Part shown: positions 1-12,389 of the stretch, one piece after another
How the letters are laid out: every line of letters begins with the position of its first letter
Numbering within the stretch: position 1 is the stretch's first letter
Assembly: GCA_043228905.1 (NCBI GenBank)
Contig: JBHGNT010000243.1
Location: forward strand, 1-45,834
Origin: Azolla caroliniana
Lineage: Eukaryota; Plantae; Polypodiophyta
DNA length: 45,834 bases
Direction of reading: 5' to 3'
Translations under genes and position numbers: made by a program
The notes under the pieces: generated by a model
What the model was told of the DNA's origin: nothing
What the model saw: the letters and a program-made list of their open reading frames with translations, nothing else
Database searches by the model: none

Positions 1-152
1 GCATGTGGCCAAGGATCAAAGGGGAAAATTGGATCCAAAATATCAGCCATGCATATTTCTCGGCCACGGCAACAACAAATTCGGCTACCGACAATCGAAC
101 TTAGTTGACAAAAAGGTCATTCGCAACCGAGACATAGTCTTCATGGAGGAGG
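1..152 (+). pseudogene. Ty1/Copia integrase C-terminal (SH3-like) fragment
   Basis: Translation HVAKDQRGKLDPKYQPCIFLGHGNNKFGYR...DKKVIRNRDIVFMEE matches the Copia 'KLDP+...CIFLGY...GYR...SRDVVF.E' motif. Confidence 0.85.
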
Positions 153-184
153 AGTCGAACACATCCTCCCGAACAGTCGGAAAC

Positions 185-420
185 TGATGAAAATAGTGCT
201 CAGCCACAACCAGTCTCAATTGCACAATGGAAAAAAACAGAAATAAGACGACACAGAATATTAACATGGAATACCCTAATCAGGAAAAACCACATGAGTT
301 TTAGGAACTCCGAACATAATCATTATAGGGATGAGGTATTACAGTAAGAGTTACAGAGGCAACGACCTCGAGCTCTTCGTCTTCGCCAATCGGCGGTTAC
401 AAACAGAAATGTTTTTAGTA

Positions 421-485
<65 letters not shown>

Positions 486-763
486 AACTTCAACAAAACA
501 ACTAGAATGATGACATGGCATCATATTTGCCCTAAGTTATATTTATACTTATATAACTTACAGGCTATTTACAAATATGACCTAAAACAATCACATCGAA
601 ACATATACATAAACTAATGTCTGACCGAATACCAACCGGATCCATACGATCCAGTTTCCGAATATCTTCCGGACCCATCCAGTCCGATCCTTTCCTTCAG
701 CTCGTCACATCCAACTCGTCCGGTTCTCACTCAGATCCCATCGGGAGGGACTGTTTCCCAACA
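185..763 (-). mobile_element. Copia-family LTR, inverted, inserted in the integrase tail
   Basis: TG...TTTCCCAACA ends. Visibly similar to the LTR at 4904-5440 and to the reverse complement of the LTR at 1132-1683 (shared 'ggaaaaaccac', 'actccgaac', 'ctatttacaaat' blocks). No clean TSD. Confidence 0.7.
425..483. repeat. (TG)n microsatellite inside the LTR
   Basis: About 29 perfect TG units. Confidence 0.95.
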
Positions 764-1217
764 AAAAGCGATAGTCGACTGAAGAACATGGAGAGTCGAT
801 CGAATTCGAACAAGGAGTCGGGTCCCTCGGAGGTCAGTCGGGAGTTGGAGTCAGATCAAACTGGTGAAGCCCCATCCGAAGTGAAGGGGGAGTTTGTTGA
901 GAATTAGGTCCCTTTCGGATGGGTCAAATTCAGGATAATGGAAAATGCTATACCCGGTCGGAAACCGGATGAAGTCCAGATGAGGGATTGTTTCCCAACA
1001 AAAAACGAAAGCCGATTGAAGAACATGGAGAGTTGATCGAATTCGAACAAGGATTCGGGTCCCTCGGAGGCCAGTCGGGAGTTGGAGTCGAATCAAACTG
1101 GTGAAGCCCCATCCGAAGTGAAGGGGGAGTTTGTTGAGAATTAGGTCCCTTTCGGATGGGTCAAATTCAAGATAATGGAAAATGCTACACCCGGTCAGAA
1201 ACCGGATGAAGTCCAGA
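745..1217 (+). repeat. 237-bp tandem duplication (745-980 and 982-1217)
   Basis: Two near-identical copies, each containing an LTR end, integrase tail, PPT (gtgaagggggag) and LTR start tgttgagaattagg (at 895 and 1132). Confidence 0.92.
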
Positions 1218-1683
1218 ACAGTATCTAGAAAATGTAAATAGGTTTTGAGTCGAGCCTACTTAGGCCAGTTATGTAAATAGCCCGATAGTTATCTAAGTAT
1301 AAAGATAACTAGGACAAAATTTATGTTAAAGGTGTAGTAGTCATCTTGTTCATCTGTGTGCGTGAGTTGTCTTTGTAACTGTGTATAGTGCATGCGAGGT
1401 TGTTGCCTCTGCTGCAGAACAAACAAAGTGTGGAAGAGTGAGAGAGACACTTAGAGTGCCTCAGATGTTGTTACTGCCAGGTCAGTGCCTGTGTGTTCGT
1501 CTCGTTGTATATTTCTCTTATAGTGATTTGTTCAGTGTCTATGGACACCCGTGGATTTTTACCCTATTCAGGGGTTTTCCACGTAAATATTTTGTGTACT
1601 TTCATTTCTGTTTCCTCCTTTTATTTGCTTATACCCATTCCACATTCGACTCGGTTGTTGCTGAGTTCCCGTTTTTCGTAACA
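1132..1683 (+). mobile_element. 3' LTR of an internally deleted Copia element
   Basis: Preceded by the PPT gaagtgaagggggagtt; starts TGTTG and ends TAACA. Confidence 0.8.
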
Positions 1684-1899
1684 ATTGTAATACTTAACGA
1701 TAATTAAATTATTATAAGAATGATTAATACTAGTATGTGTGATCATTGAATCAATAGGAGAAAAAAATAAAAAAAGTAACACGTCAAAACTGTGAGCACC
1801 TAGTTCACTAACTTTGATTTTACTAACCATAGAAAACAAGAATAAGCGCAAAATAAAAATCCAATATCTCATAAACAAAAAAAAATGATCTCCGTCTCT

Positions 1900-3243
1900 T
1901 ATTTTGGTCAACCTATGTAAATTCTATAAACAGCCACCATCTAGGTGTCAAATAACTCCGTGATAAAACTTGCCAAGTTTGAGAAATGTAGCTCCAAATC
2001 TAACAAGCAATCGAACATTGTATAAATCGATGAGTACTATCTTCCATGTGAACAGTGCACAAAAAACAATTACCCATTGCTAGTTCACGACACTTTAGAG
2101 TTAATCCCAAAGGCAATCCTCCAATCAAAACTCTCCAAATGAAGACCATTGCTACAAGTGGCAATTTAGAATGCCAACTACATTGTAAGATCTGCCACCA
2201 CCCATGATCAAAATTGTGTATTTTCCATTCTTCTTCAGTATTAGTTTATAACCATCCAAGAAACTCAACAGAGCAATGATACAAAAGATTAATAGTCACT
2301 TGTAACAATGACGTTTGACCTTGTAAACACCAATCAATCCACGGTTGTTCTCCTGTTTGTAGAGGTAAGGGACCTTGCATCAATGCAATATTTTGTAGTT
2401 GTTGCCAAATAAACCCATAATAAGGCGGGGTGCATAATAATTGTCGCGCTTCAACAAACTCCAAAATTCTTTGAGATGGAGCCTCAACTATATCTCCCAC
2501 CTCTTTGACTACCAAATGAAACAAATGATTAAATTGAGAGCGCAATCTCTCCTTTCCTGGCCAACATAATAAACGAGAAGACACAAGTAACTCTTTTTGC
2601 AAAGAATTACAATGCTCTCTACTAGATGATGGTTTCCATACACATAACAAGAGTGTTTCTTGCCATGAGGTAAACATGTGTTGAACACATGAAGACATGC
2701 AATCCTAAGTGAAATACATCCATTCAGTAATTGCCACCATGAAGCCTTAATCGTTGATCTCCCATGTGTTAAACCCTTGTTCTCAATGAAATATTGAACA
2801 ATAGATATCCATTGTTGTGAGTTTGAACACATGTCTTGTAATAATGAAAATCTACAAGCCACCATATGCATAGATAAGTTCAATATTCCAACTCCACCCA
2901 AGCGTTTAGGGGTTGCTAGATAATTCCACGCAACCCAAGTGATTCCCATCTTATCCCTCTTCTTCCACAACAAATATCAAAGAGGTTGCAAAACAGAATG
3001 CAAAGCCCTCTTTGTCCATGGCAAGTAATATAATATCATGGGTTCCATAATACATTGCACAACCTTCAAGTGTACATGAAATGGCCAAGATTGTGACTTC
3101 CAATACATGAACTTATCCCTCAACTTACTAGACGTCTGAGACCAGAAGGTCATGGGTTCAACCCTACATTTTACAATGGCATTTAGTAAATTAAGATATA
3201 TGTATAGAGTAATAGAGAAGTGGGAATTGGGTTTTGAACCCAA
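1900..3243 (-). mobile_element. Degenerate L1-type LINE ORF2 C-terminal fragment (post-RT region plus zf-RVT)
   Basis: Motif 'WVAWNYLATPKRLGGVGILNL'; zf-RVT-like 'CTVHMEDSTHRFIQC' near 2005-2060; multiple frameshifts. Confidence 0.8.
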
Positions 3244-3408
3244 AACATAATACTAGTAATATAACAATTTGCCACTATGGTAAGGTATATAATAGAAAGA
3301 AAGATATTAATTCATTTTATTGTCAACTTCGGCAAAATATAACCTATGCGACCAAAAATATAACATTTTCATGTAATACGCGTGATGGAAGTGACAAACT
3401 CTTCTGAA

Positions 3409-3494
3409 TGTGTGTGTGTGTGGGTGGGTGGGTGGGTGGGTGGGTGTGTGTGTGTGTGTGTGTGTGCGCGCGCCCGTGCGCGTGTGTATATGTT

Positions 3495-3529
<35 letters not shown>

Positions 3530-3539
3530 GAGAGAGAGA
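3409..3539. repeat. Compound microsatellite (TG)n(TGGG)n(TG)n(CG)n(AG)n
   Basis: Seen directly in the sequence. Confidence 0.95.
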
Positions 3540-4149
3540 CAAAGACAAAGAGAGGATGGTTCATGAATTCAATAATTAATGGGAAATTATTCAATTCAAT
3601 TCAACAATAAGACACCAAAATATCCAAGACCCTAGACCTAAAACCATTTGGTATGTAATATATACATTCAATCCACCCTACTAAGTATCCTAACACTAAG
3701 TCGATTGAAAGGTATAATCAAGTTTGTCTACCTTAATCCATTTCCATACATCCCTTAACATAACTTCTGTCTCAAATTTCCTCCTTTTTGAGCCTATGTT
3801 TCGTCCATAATAGAATGAATAGATGTTGATTGATCTGCCTCACAATAAACATTTAAATCTCCCATCAATCAACTTGGTTAAGCATCCTCAATCACCGAAA
3901 CTAGTGATCTCAATAAGAACTTCCATTCTTGAGAAATATTAGATGCATACACACCAATTAACCAAAAAACATGCCCTTCATAGCATATCTTAACCACTAT
4001 GAATCTCCCAAACTCATCAAAAACCATTACTTTTCGCTAAAATTTGTGTCTAATAAACATCACAATTGATTTATCATGAGGTCTTTCATGCCTATATATG
4101 TCAATTGATTGATGTATTTATTGATCGTGTTTAGTTTGATGGATATGAA

Positions 4150-4760
4150 ACATGGAAGTGTTTGTTGTAAATGTCGAGAACCTAACTAGATATTATGGAA
4201 TTCATCATGCCTTTAGAAGGAGAAAGACATTAAGTATCTTGGTTAATTTCCAAAAAATGTAACTCATTCTTAATTTATTGTTCAAGGAATGTAGAGTTAA
4301 TGGAATATCAAGAGACTAATTTTTTTCATGCATGATCTTACAACGAAAATTTATTTCCAAGCTAGACTACATCATATAAGATAATAAATGGAGGATGATA
4401 ATTGTCAATCACATGAATTTTCCATGACCTTCATAAATCACATACACGGCATAATACATAAGGTTATAAGGTGTTTTGATCCTCTAGAAATTGTGAAGAG
4501 ATGTGTGGAATATTATACACAATTGTGAGATATATGAGTGTGTATTGATGATGATGTTAAAAAGGATAGAGATGTCTTTTTGAAAGGTGTGAAAAATCAT
4601 GTATCACACAATGTGGCACAATCATTAAATGTTGATATTTCAAAGGATGATGTGGAACATGTCATGTCACATCTTGTCACTGATAAGAGTCCTTTGTAGG
4701 ATGGAATCTGGATTGATAAATAACTCTTTAAGAAATATATAATTAAGTTAAAGGGGACTT
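4150..4760 (+). mobile_element. Possible highly decayed Ty3/Gypsy integrase remnant
   Basis: Faint motif echoes only (MEFIMPL, FSKM.HF-like, HDL.T.I); no intact ORF. Confidence 0.25.
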
Positions 4761-4903
4761 TTACAGTCTTATGTCAAAATGTATGAAAATCAACAAAAAC
4801 ATCTTGTTCTCAGAAGATTGGTTTGATAAAGCTTTTGCAAAGATGCCTTCTCTACTTTCTGTTGAGCTTGAAGCCGGCCACAACCAATTTGTACTCTAGC
4901 GTA

Positions 4904-5129
4904 TGTTGGTGCAATGATTTGAACAAACAAAAAACAGGAAGCACAAATACACAAGTACAGTGACACAAGATGTTTTATGTGGAAAACCCTAAGAAGGAAA
5001 AACCACAGGAGTCCACAGACTCCGAACTATCTCAGCATGCGAAAGGAAATACAGAGAGACTCCCAGGCAACAACCTTAGGCTCGTCTTCTTTGCCGGATG
5101 GCGGGTACATCAATGATGCAACAGCATGC

Positions 5130-5162
<33 letters not shown>

Positions 5163-6577
5163 TTCTCTCACACACTATCACATTGTTACAACAATATGAA
5201 CATTATACCTAACATTTTTGCCCTAGTTATATGTATAGTTATATAACTTAGGACTATTTACAAATCTAACCTAAATAGGCGCAACGTTAAACTTATTTAC
5301 ATATGTGGCCTCTTTCGGGTGTCTATTTGAATTCGATCTAGATACTAATCCGGATCAGGGTTCAGCCTTTCTTCTCCTTCGGATCCAACTGATCTAGCTT
5401 GTGTTCTCCTTCCCATCCGAAGGAACCTTATTTCCCAACAAAATCCCCCTTCACTCCAGCATGGGGTGGTTCGTCAACCCGACCTGACTTCGACACGTGT
5501 TCAACTTTTCTGCCGACAACACCTTCGTCAACATGTCTGATCCGTTCTCCATTATGTGGATCTTCATTAGAGCAAACTCGTTTTCTTCTACACGCTCCCG
5601 AAGCCAATGGTATCTCCTTTGGATGTGCTTGGTCCTTGAGAAGTGGGTGGCATTCTTCACAAGGGGGATGGTGCTTTGGTTGTCATAGTGGAGTCGGAAT
5701 TCTTCTTGTCGAATCCCCAACTCTTCGATGAAATCCTTCGTCCAAATTATCTTATTGTCGAGTTTTGTTGCAGCCATATTCTCCGCTTCCGTGGTCGACA
5801 ACGTCACGGCCTTCTGCAGCCTCGACTTCCACAAGATGGTTCCCCCTATATAAGTCATTACATATCCAGACGTGGATCAATTGGTATACACATCAACCGA
5901 CATGTCCGAATCATTAAAGCCTTCTAATAAGGGTTTACCTGAGCCGAATCGGAGGCACATGCTCGAGGTGCCTTTCAAGTACCAAAGTATCCACTTGACT
6001 GCTACCCAATGCTCTTTGCCAAGATTGCTCATGAATCAACTGATGACCTCGACAGCATATCTGATGTCTAGCCTAATGCAGACCATCACAGGCAAGATTG
6101 CTCATGAATCAACTGATGACCTCGACAGCATATCTAATGTCTAGCCTAATGCAGACCATCGCATACATAAGGCTTCAGACTGCTAAGGTGTAGGCTACCT
6201 TCATCATCTCAACATTTTCCACCTTCGTCTTTGTACTTTGTCTCCCAGACAACTTGTTGTTTGTCGGCAGTGTCGACCCGACCGGCTTTGCGTTTTGCGT
6301 GCTGAATCTCTGCAACACTTTTGTCACGTACTTTTCTTGTGACAACCACAATAGTCTCTTTGTCCGATCCCAGACAATGTTCAACCCCAGGATCTTCCTT
6401 ATCGGACCCATATCCTTCATTGAGAATGACCTGCTCAAGGTCTTCTTCAACATTCTAATCTTCATATGGTCTCATTCGACAATTAGCATGTTGTCTACAT
6501 ACAACATGAGGTTTAGGAAGTCTCCTCAATCGAAGTTCTTCACAAACACACAGTGGTCCGTGTTCCTTGAGTAGCTT
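4904..6577 (-). mobile_element. Truncated Ty1/Copia element: RT-RNase H, PPT and 3' LTR (4904-5440)
   Basis: LTR with TGTTGG...CCAACA ends; PPT tgaagggggattt at 5441-5453 (minus). RNase H 'WKSRLQKAVTLSTTEAE...RTKHI...SDMLTK' (5451-5858); RT 'MKDMGP..KILG', YVDNML. Cut at 6577 by the next element. Confidence 0.92.
6020..6160. repeat. 73-bp-period tandem duplication inside RT
   Basis: caagattgctcatgaatc...gcagaccatc occurs at 6020-6087 and 6093-6160. Confidence 0.92.
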
Positions 6578-9500
6578 TGATGTGAACCTTTTCCCTATAC
6601 ATGGGCACTTTTTACTCTAGTGTTGGCTAGAGGTTTTTTCCCCATGTTACCACATACATTACTCACTCATATGTGGTGGTACTTAGTACTTAGGGATATA
6701 TATTTTAGCTCTTACTAGTTTTGTATTATTCATCAATAGAGAGAGTTATTCCAGCCATTGTCTTCTTTGTGTGAGTGCTTCTTGTCTAAGCTTCTTGTGT
6801 GTCTCTCACTCTTCCACACACACCCAATAGTGGTATCAAAGCAAGTCTTCATCCTCTCCATCTTCGGTTTTCCGCATCGGCGCGCGCACACTTTTAACTG
6901 TGCAAATCAACTTCCGAATATAGAGAAGAGAATTTCAGCACTTAGAGAGCATTTTCAGCAAGTACCCTACTATTTTACCCCCATTTCGAAACCATTCATG
7001 CAGTCAAAATCGTCATCCGAGTGATAGTTTGTGAGCTGAAATTTCAGCACTCATTTCAAATTTCGTTGAGGTAAGATTTTGCCACTTTCTTGTTCTTTGG
7101 TAAAATGGCAAACAACGGTGACTTGTTTGGCATGCTTCAAGCTAAAGATAAGTTTGATGGGACTAACTATCCAATGTGGTCCTACATGATGAAACACGTT
7201 CTTGTTGCCAAAAAACTATGGAACATAATGGTAGATGTAGATCGGCGTCCCGCCAATCCTTCTACTTCAGAGTCTACTGTCACATATACAGGTTCTTCTT
7301 CGAGCACAGTGAATTCATCTACTCCGCCTACACAAGAGCAACTTAGATGGGATAGAAAAGATGCTCAAGCTCATGCATTGATTGCACTTTCTATGAAGCG
7401 TCATATAGTTCCACATATTCAGTCACGCACTACATCCAAACAAGCATGTGACACTCTTGCTTCGTTGTATGTCGTGCGAATGAAGCACGTGTTGCATATT
7501 TGAGAAAGCAACTTGAGGATGTATATATGGCTGAAAATGAGTCAGTAGATGTGTATGTGACACGCATCAAATATTTGAAAGAGCAATTGGCGAACATAGA
7601 TGAGATTATTTCAAATAAATCACTTGTCTCTACGTTGTTGAAAGGATTACCCGAATCTTTTCAAAGCTTTGCTACTACAATCCATTTGGTTGCAAAAAGG
7701 AATACCGATATGTACACATTTGATGAGGTTAGGTCTCTTCTTTTGCAAGAAGAACAATCTAGAGTGAATAGAAGTGGTTTGATAGAGGGAACACAATCAC
7801 TTGTTATCTCACAAAAAGGAAAAAGCAAGTATGGTTCAGCTTTTGGTTCATCAAAACCAAAGCCTCAACCTCCCTCTTCCACTTATTCCTCTAATGATGG
7901 TGATTTGCAAAAGAAGAAGAGATGCAAATATTGTCGGAAGGCTGGTCATACTATTGATGAGTGTAGAAAGCTTGTTAAGCGAAATGAGAAGAAGAAGGAA
8001 TCTGGCATGACCATTGCTGAAAATGTTCCATGTGCAAAGAGTGATGAAGCCAACATGACCCAAGATTATTGGGCATGTGTTTTTACATATCATTATGATG
8101 CATCATTGCACTCTAAGTGTATGGTTGTAAGTGAGATTGATTCGGATTGGTTCTTTGATAGTGGTGCTCCAAAGCACATTACTTCATGCAAAAGTTTTTT
8201 TTCATCCTTGAAAGATGCACCTAAAGGAGGACATGTGGTGTGTGCAAAAAATGTCTCTCATCCTATCATTGGAGTAGGAGAAATTGAGCTTACTACTCCA
8301 AATGGAGGTGTTGTCATCTTAAAGAATGTATTGTATGTGCCCGATATGAAGAAGAACTTAATTCCGGTTCCTTTGATTGCCAAAGTTGGACGTCATGTAC
8401 ATTTTGTTGATGATAAGTGCATGGTTCATGATTTCAGCAATGGAGATGTTATCATGATGTCCGGTACATTATGCAATGGCTTGTATCGCTTGGATACATA
8501 CAAGAGGGCTGCTCTAAATGCCTTGTATGTCCATACTTCTTCCATGGCTGAAATGGAGCTTTGGCATGCTCATTTTGGTCAATTGAACTCAAAAGTTTGC
8601 TCCACTTGCAAAAGAAGGATATGGTTATTTGGTTGCTTACACTTGAGTCCATTGAAAAACATGCATGTGAAGGTTGCATTCTTGAAAAAATGCATCGTGC
8701 TTCTTTTCCAAAAGCTAGTCATACACATACTATAAGAAAATTACAACTTGTTCATAGTGATGTGTGTGCTCCCGTAACTCCATCATTTGGAAAGCATGTA
8801 TATTTTGTTACCTTCATTGATGATGCTACTCGCCATACATGGGTGTATCCTATGAAAGCAAAGAATGAGGTATTTTCTTGCTTCAAATCATTTTTAGCTA
8901 TGGCTGAAAATATTTCCGGAAATAAGTTCTTGACTTTATGCACGGATCGTGGCGGTGAATACATGTCACATGAGTTTAATGCTTTTCTTTGTGAAAGAGG
9001 TATTTCATATCAATGTATGGTGCCATATACACCTCAACAAAATGGTGTTGCGGAGCGCAAAAATAGAACAATGTATGGTTAAAGGAAAGCATCTTCCTAA
9101 CAAGTTTTGGATGGAAGCGGTTATGTGTGCAAATTATGTGTTAAATTGTTTGCCCTACAAAAGCTTTGAGATTCATTACTCCATATGAGGCTTCGAATGG
9201 ACATAAACCTATGGTTAGTCATATGTGTGTGTTTGGTTGTTTGGCATATGCTCTTGTGCCATCACAACAACGTCACAAAATTGACGACAAGTCACAAGGC
9301 AAAGAAATGCATATTTGTTGGTTATAGCGTTGAAAGTAAGGGATATTGTTTGTACCATCCATTGATGGACACAATTATTGTGAGTCAAGATGTGGTATTT
9401 GCTGAAAATTCAGCTTTCCCTTTTCTTTTTATGCAAAAAGCAACCAACAGTTAGCTCACAAGATGTGTTTGATACACTCATGCCTTTGTTCCAAAGTGGT

Positions 9501-10445
9501 GCGCTTGACTATGGACATATAGACCAGCCAAGTGAGTTTCAAAGGGCTGAAATTTTCCATCAAATAGGTGTTGAAAATGCACGAAATGTCCAACCAAACA
9601 TGGTTGAACATTTGCAACAAAATGTGGCTGAAAATGAGCATGAAATTCAACTCACACATGATATACATATTGAAGATGTATTACGTAATGAGCGTATGTC
9701 TATCAAGAGTGCACAAACTATGCCAAAGTGGCTGAAAAAAACTTTGCAAGATAGCAAATTGAGTGTGCCTTTACTTGGTAGAACAAGATCAAGCTCTCGC
9801 CATGCATCAAGTAATTTTGTGGATTATGCTATTGTTGCAATAGCATGTAATAAGGAGCCACTTACTTTTGAAGATGAATGTGATGATCCACATTGGATAA
9901 GTGCTATGCAATCAGAAATGGATTCCATACATAAGAGTGGTACTTGGGAGTTATGTGAATTGCCAAAAGGAAAGAATGTCATTGGTACTAAGTGGGTTTA
10001 CAAGATTAAATGAAAGTCTGATAGTAGCATTTATAGCTACAAAGCTAGATTGGTCGCCAAAGGATATGCACAACAATATAGCATTGATTATGAGGAAACT
10101 TTTGCACCTACTTCACGCATGACTACCATTCGTACCGTGGTTGCATTGGCTGCCCAAAGAGGTTGGAAAGTGCATCAATTGGACATAAAAACAGCTTTCT
10201 TAAATGGTGATTTGCAAGAAGAGGTTTATGTGAAGCAACCTCCTGGATTTGCTATGAAAGAAATAAAGCCTTGTATGGTCTCGACTCTCAAGCAAGCTCC
10301 ACGTGCATGGTATGAAAAAATCCATAAGCATTTGATTGCTCTTGGCTTCACATGCAGTCCGATTGAAAGCACGCTTTATGTACGCAAAGATGGGGTTGAT
10401 CTTATACTGCGCGTTCTTTATGTTGATGACATACTACTTTATTGA
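6578..10445 (+). mobile_element. 3'-truncated Ty1/Copia element (5' LTR, PBS, gag-PR-IN-RT)
   Basis: LTR about 6578-6829; PBS tggtatcaaagc at 6831-6842 (tRNA-iMet type); gag ATG at 7105. Motifs: zinc knuckle CKYCRKAGHTIDEC, protease WFFDSGA, integrase LVHSDVC / DRGGEY / PQQNGVAERKNRT, RT HQLDIKTAFLNG / YVDD. Several frameshifts and stops; no 3' LTR. Confidence 0.95.
7105..10445 (+). pseudogene. Copia gag-pol polyprotein, disrupted
   Basis: ORF pieces 7090-7503, 7500-8735, 8561-9082, 9185-9454, 9390-10013 and 10050-10445 lie in Copia domain order. Confidence 0.92.
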
Positions 10446-10499
10446 GAAGACAAGAATTAATCTTAGAAACATAATAGTTTAAACTAATGGGTGGGATGT

Positions 10500-11400
10500 C
10501 ATCTAAAGGCATGTGAACTGCGTAGGGTTTGTGATAGTTAATCATTTATTGACATCTTGGCAAAGCATGTTGGATTTTGTGCATTGGCATCCTTTGCAAG
10601 AAAGGGGAGGTGCCAATTCATTACATATGGAGGTTTTGATGACATCAAGGTTGTTGAAGTGGGAAGGTTAACAACTTCTTAACCTTCGATTTTAATTGAA
10701 TGGCTAAATTGGGTTTGGTAACAATGAAGGATGTTATGTTGGTGTCACAAAATATTAATGGCTTTCTGAACAATATCAATATTTTGTATTCCAAGAGCTT
10801 ATTGCTTTATATTTGTGATAAGTTGTAGGGATTATTATCACATTACTCAACTCCGAATTTAGATGATGGATCCCAATATCTTGATCTGGTATTTGTTAGA
10901 AATAAGAGACTAACAATAATAGATTAACAAATGATGTTTATCACAAGTTAATTGACAAACATAAGTGCATGGAAGAAAGAGTTATAAGGTATATGGTTTA
11001 CGTGAACTCATTACCTGATTGTTTCATATGATCACATGCTGATGTTCTCAATTGATATTACAAGCTAAGGTATTCATATGAAGAGTTATGGTTGAAGCTT
11101 TACCATTGGGGTATGCATTAAACAAAAGAAACATTGCATTATGCACATGTGGCGACCAAAATGCAGCTTCATTTCCAAATCATTTTTGAGCTCTTGCAAT
11201 ATTCGGGGATATTGTTCAATTGGGATATGCAAATTGCCTTCACATTTGCTTAGCAGGTTGGGGTGGTGAAAGATGTTGCAAACTTGAAGGACAAATGACA
11301 ATGTTAGATAAGTCACGGAATCTCAACCATGAAGAGAGCATATTGATCAAGGTGACATGTCATTATATTCATCATCTGAATTGGTGTGTAAGCTGGGATT
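10500..11400 (+). mobile_element. Older, heavily decayed Copia RT/RNase H remnant
   Basis: Eroded motifs: YLDLVFVRNK (RT 'YLG+.+.R'), IALCTC, and KVTCHYIHHL (RNase H 'KHI.V.YH+IR'). Confidence 0.4.
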
Positions 11401-12389
11401 GAGTTCATAGCATAAGATCCCTAGAGCTCTAAAGTCTGTTGTAAATTAATCATGATGGTGGTGTTTTTCTTTCATAATGAAAGGCGTTACTACAGATAAA
11501 ACAAAAGAAAGACAACGATAATATGTTAAGGCCTCAAAATATAGACGAGACAAGAGCATGGCTACATACATAATGTATAATATATATAAAGATACACGCA
11601 TTTCCAGATATAGATGTGAAGAAATCTGATGCACCATACAAATGCAAACCGTAAGCTTGAGACGGAAAAATAACAGTGGCCAATAAAAAATTGAGTTCAA
11701 CTTTCCAATAAAAAACGAGAGTTTACAAGCTGAGTACAAAAAAGATCGGGTAAAAAGAATCCGGATACATCCTGGGTAAAAACAGAAGAAATATAGCTGA
11801 GCTGAAATCAACAAAACCGAGATCTGAACTAGGGCCGTTGATTATGGAAAAAGTTCCACTGTAGAAATAGACATAACAATGTCTTAACCTTCTGTCGAAA
11901 CTGTTGTTTCACTCCCACCAAAAATGTTACATACAAGAAACCATCTCCTCATGCCTCAAAGATCCAGACAACTCATAATTAAACCCAAAAAACAAAAAGA
12001 AAAAATCATGAAATTGTGGAACACTAAATTGGCCAAAACTTTGGCGACAAAGCGAAGCATCAAAGTAACAGAAGAGCGAGAGCATATGCAAAATCATATG
12101 AAAAAATACCTCGGTTCCTGAAGGCACTAAACTGGCCAAGATTTTGAGGGACATCAAATTCAAAACACATCAAAAACCTCAGATTGATTCTGATGCACCA
12201 CATAGGCCAATATTCTGTTTCAGCAGCAATATTGAAGCATCGATATCATAAACTCCTTGCCAAAGAAGAACAATATAAGAGCATATTTTGCATCATCATA
12301 TAATGTTGGGAAAAAACCAGAACTACATTCCCTGCCTCCAAGGACACCATCATATAATGTCGAAACAAAAAACAAGCAGCAAGAGAGGA

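Noticed and set aside
3307-3610. ORFs with CVCV, THTH and ERER runs (also at 426, 17406 and 43950)
   Set aside because: Translations of microsatellites.
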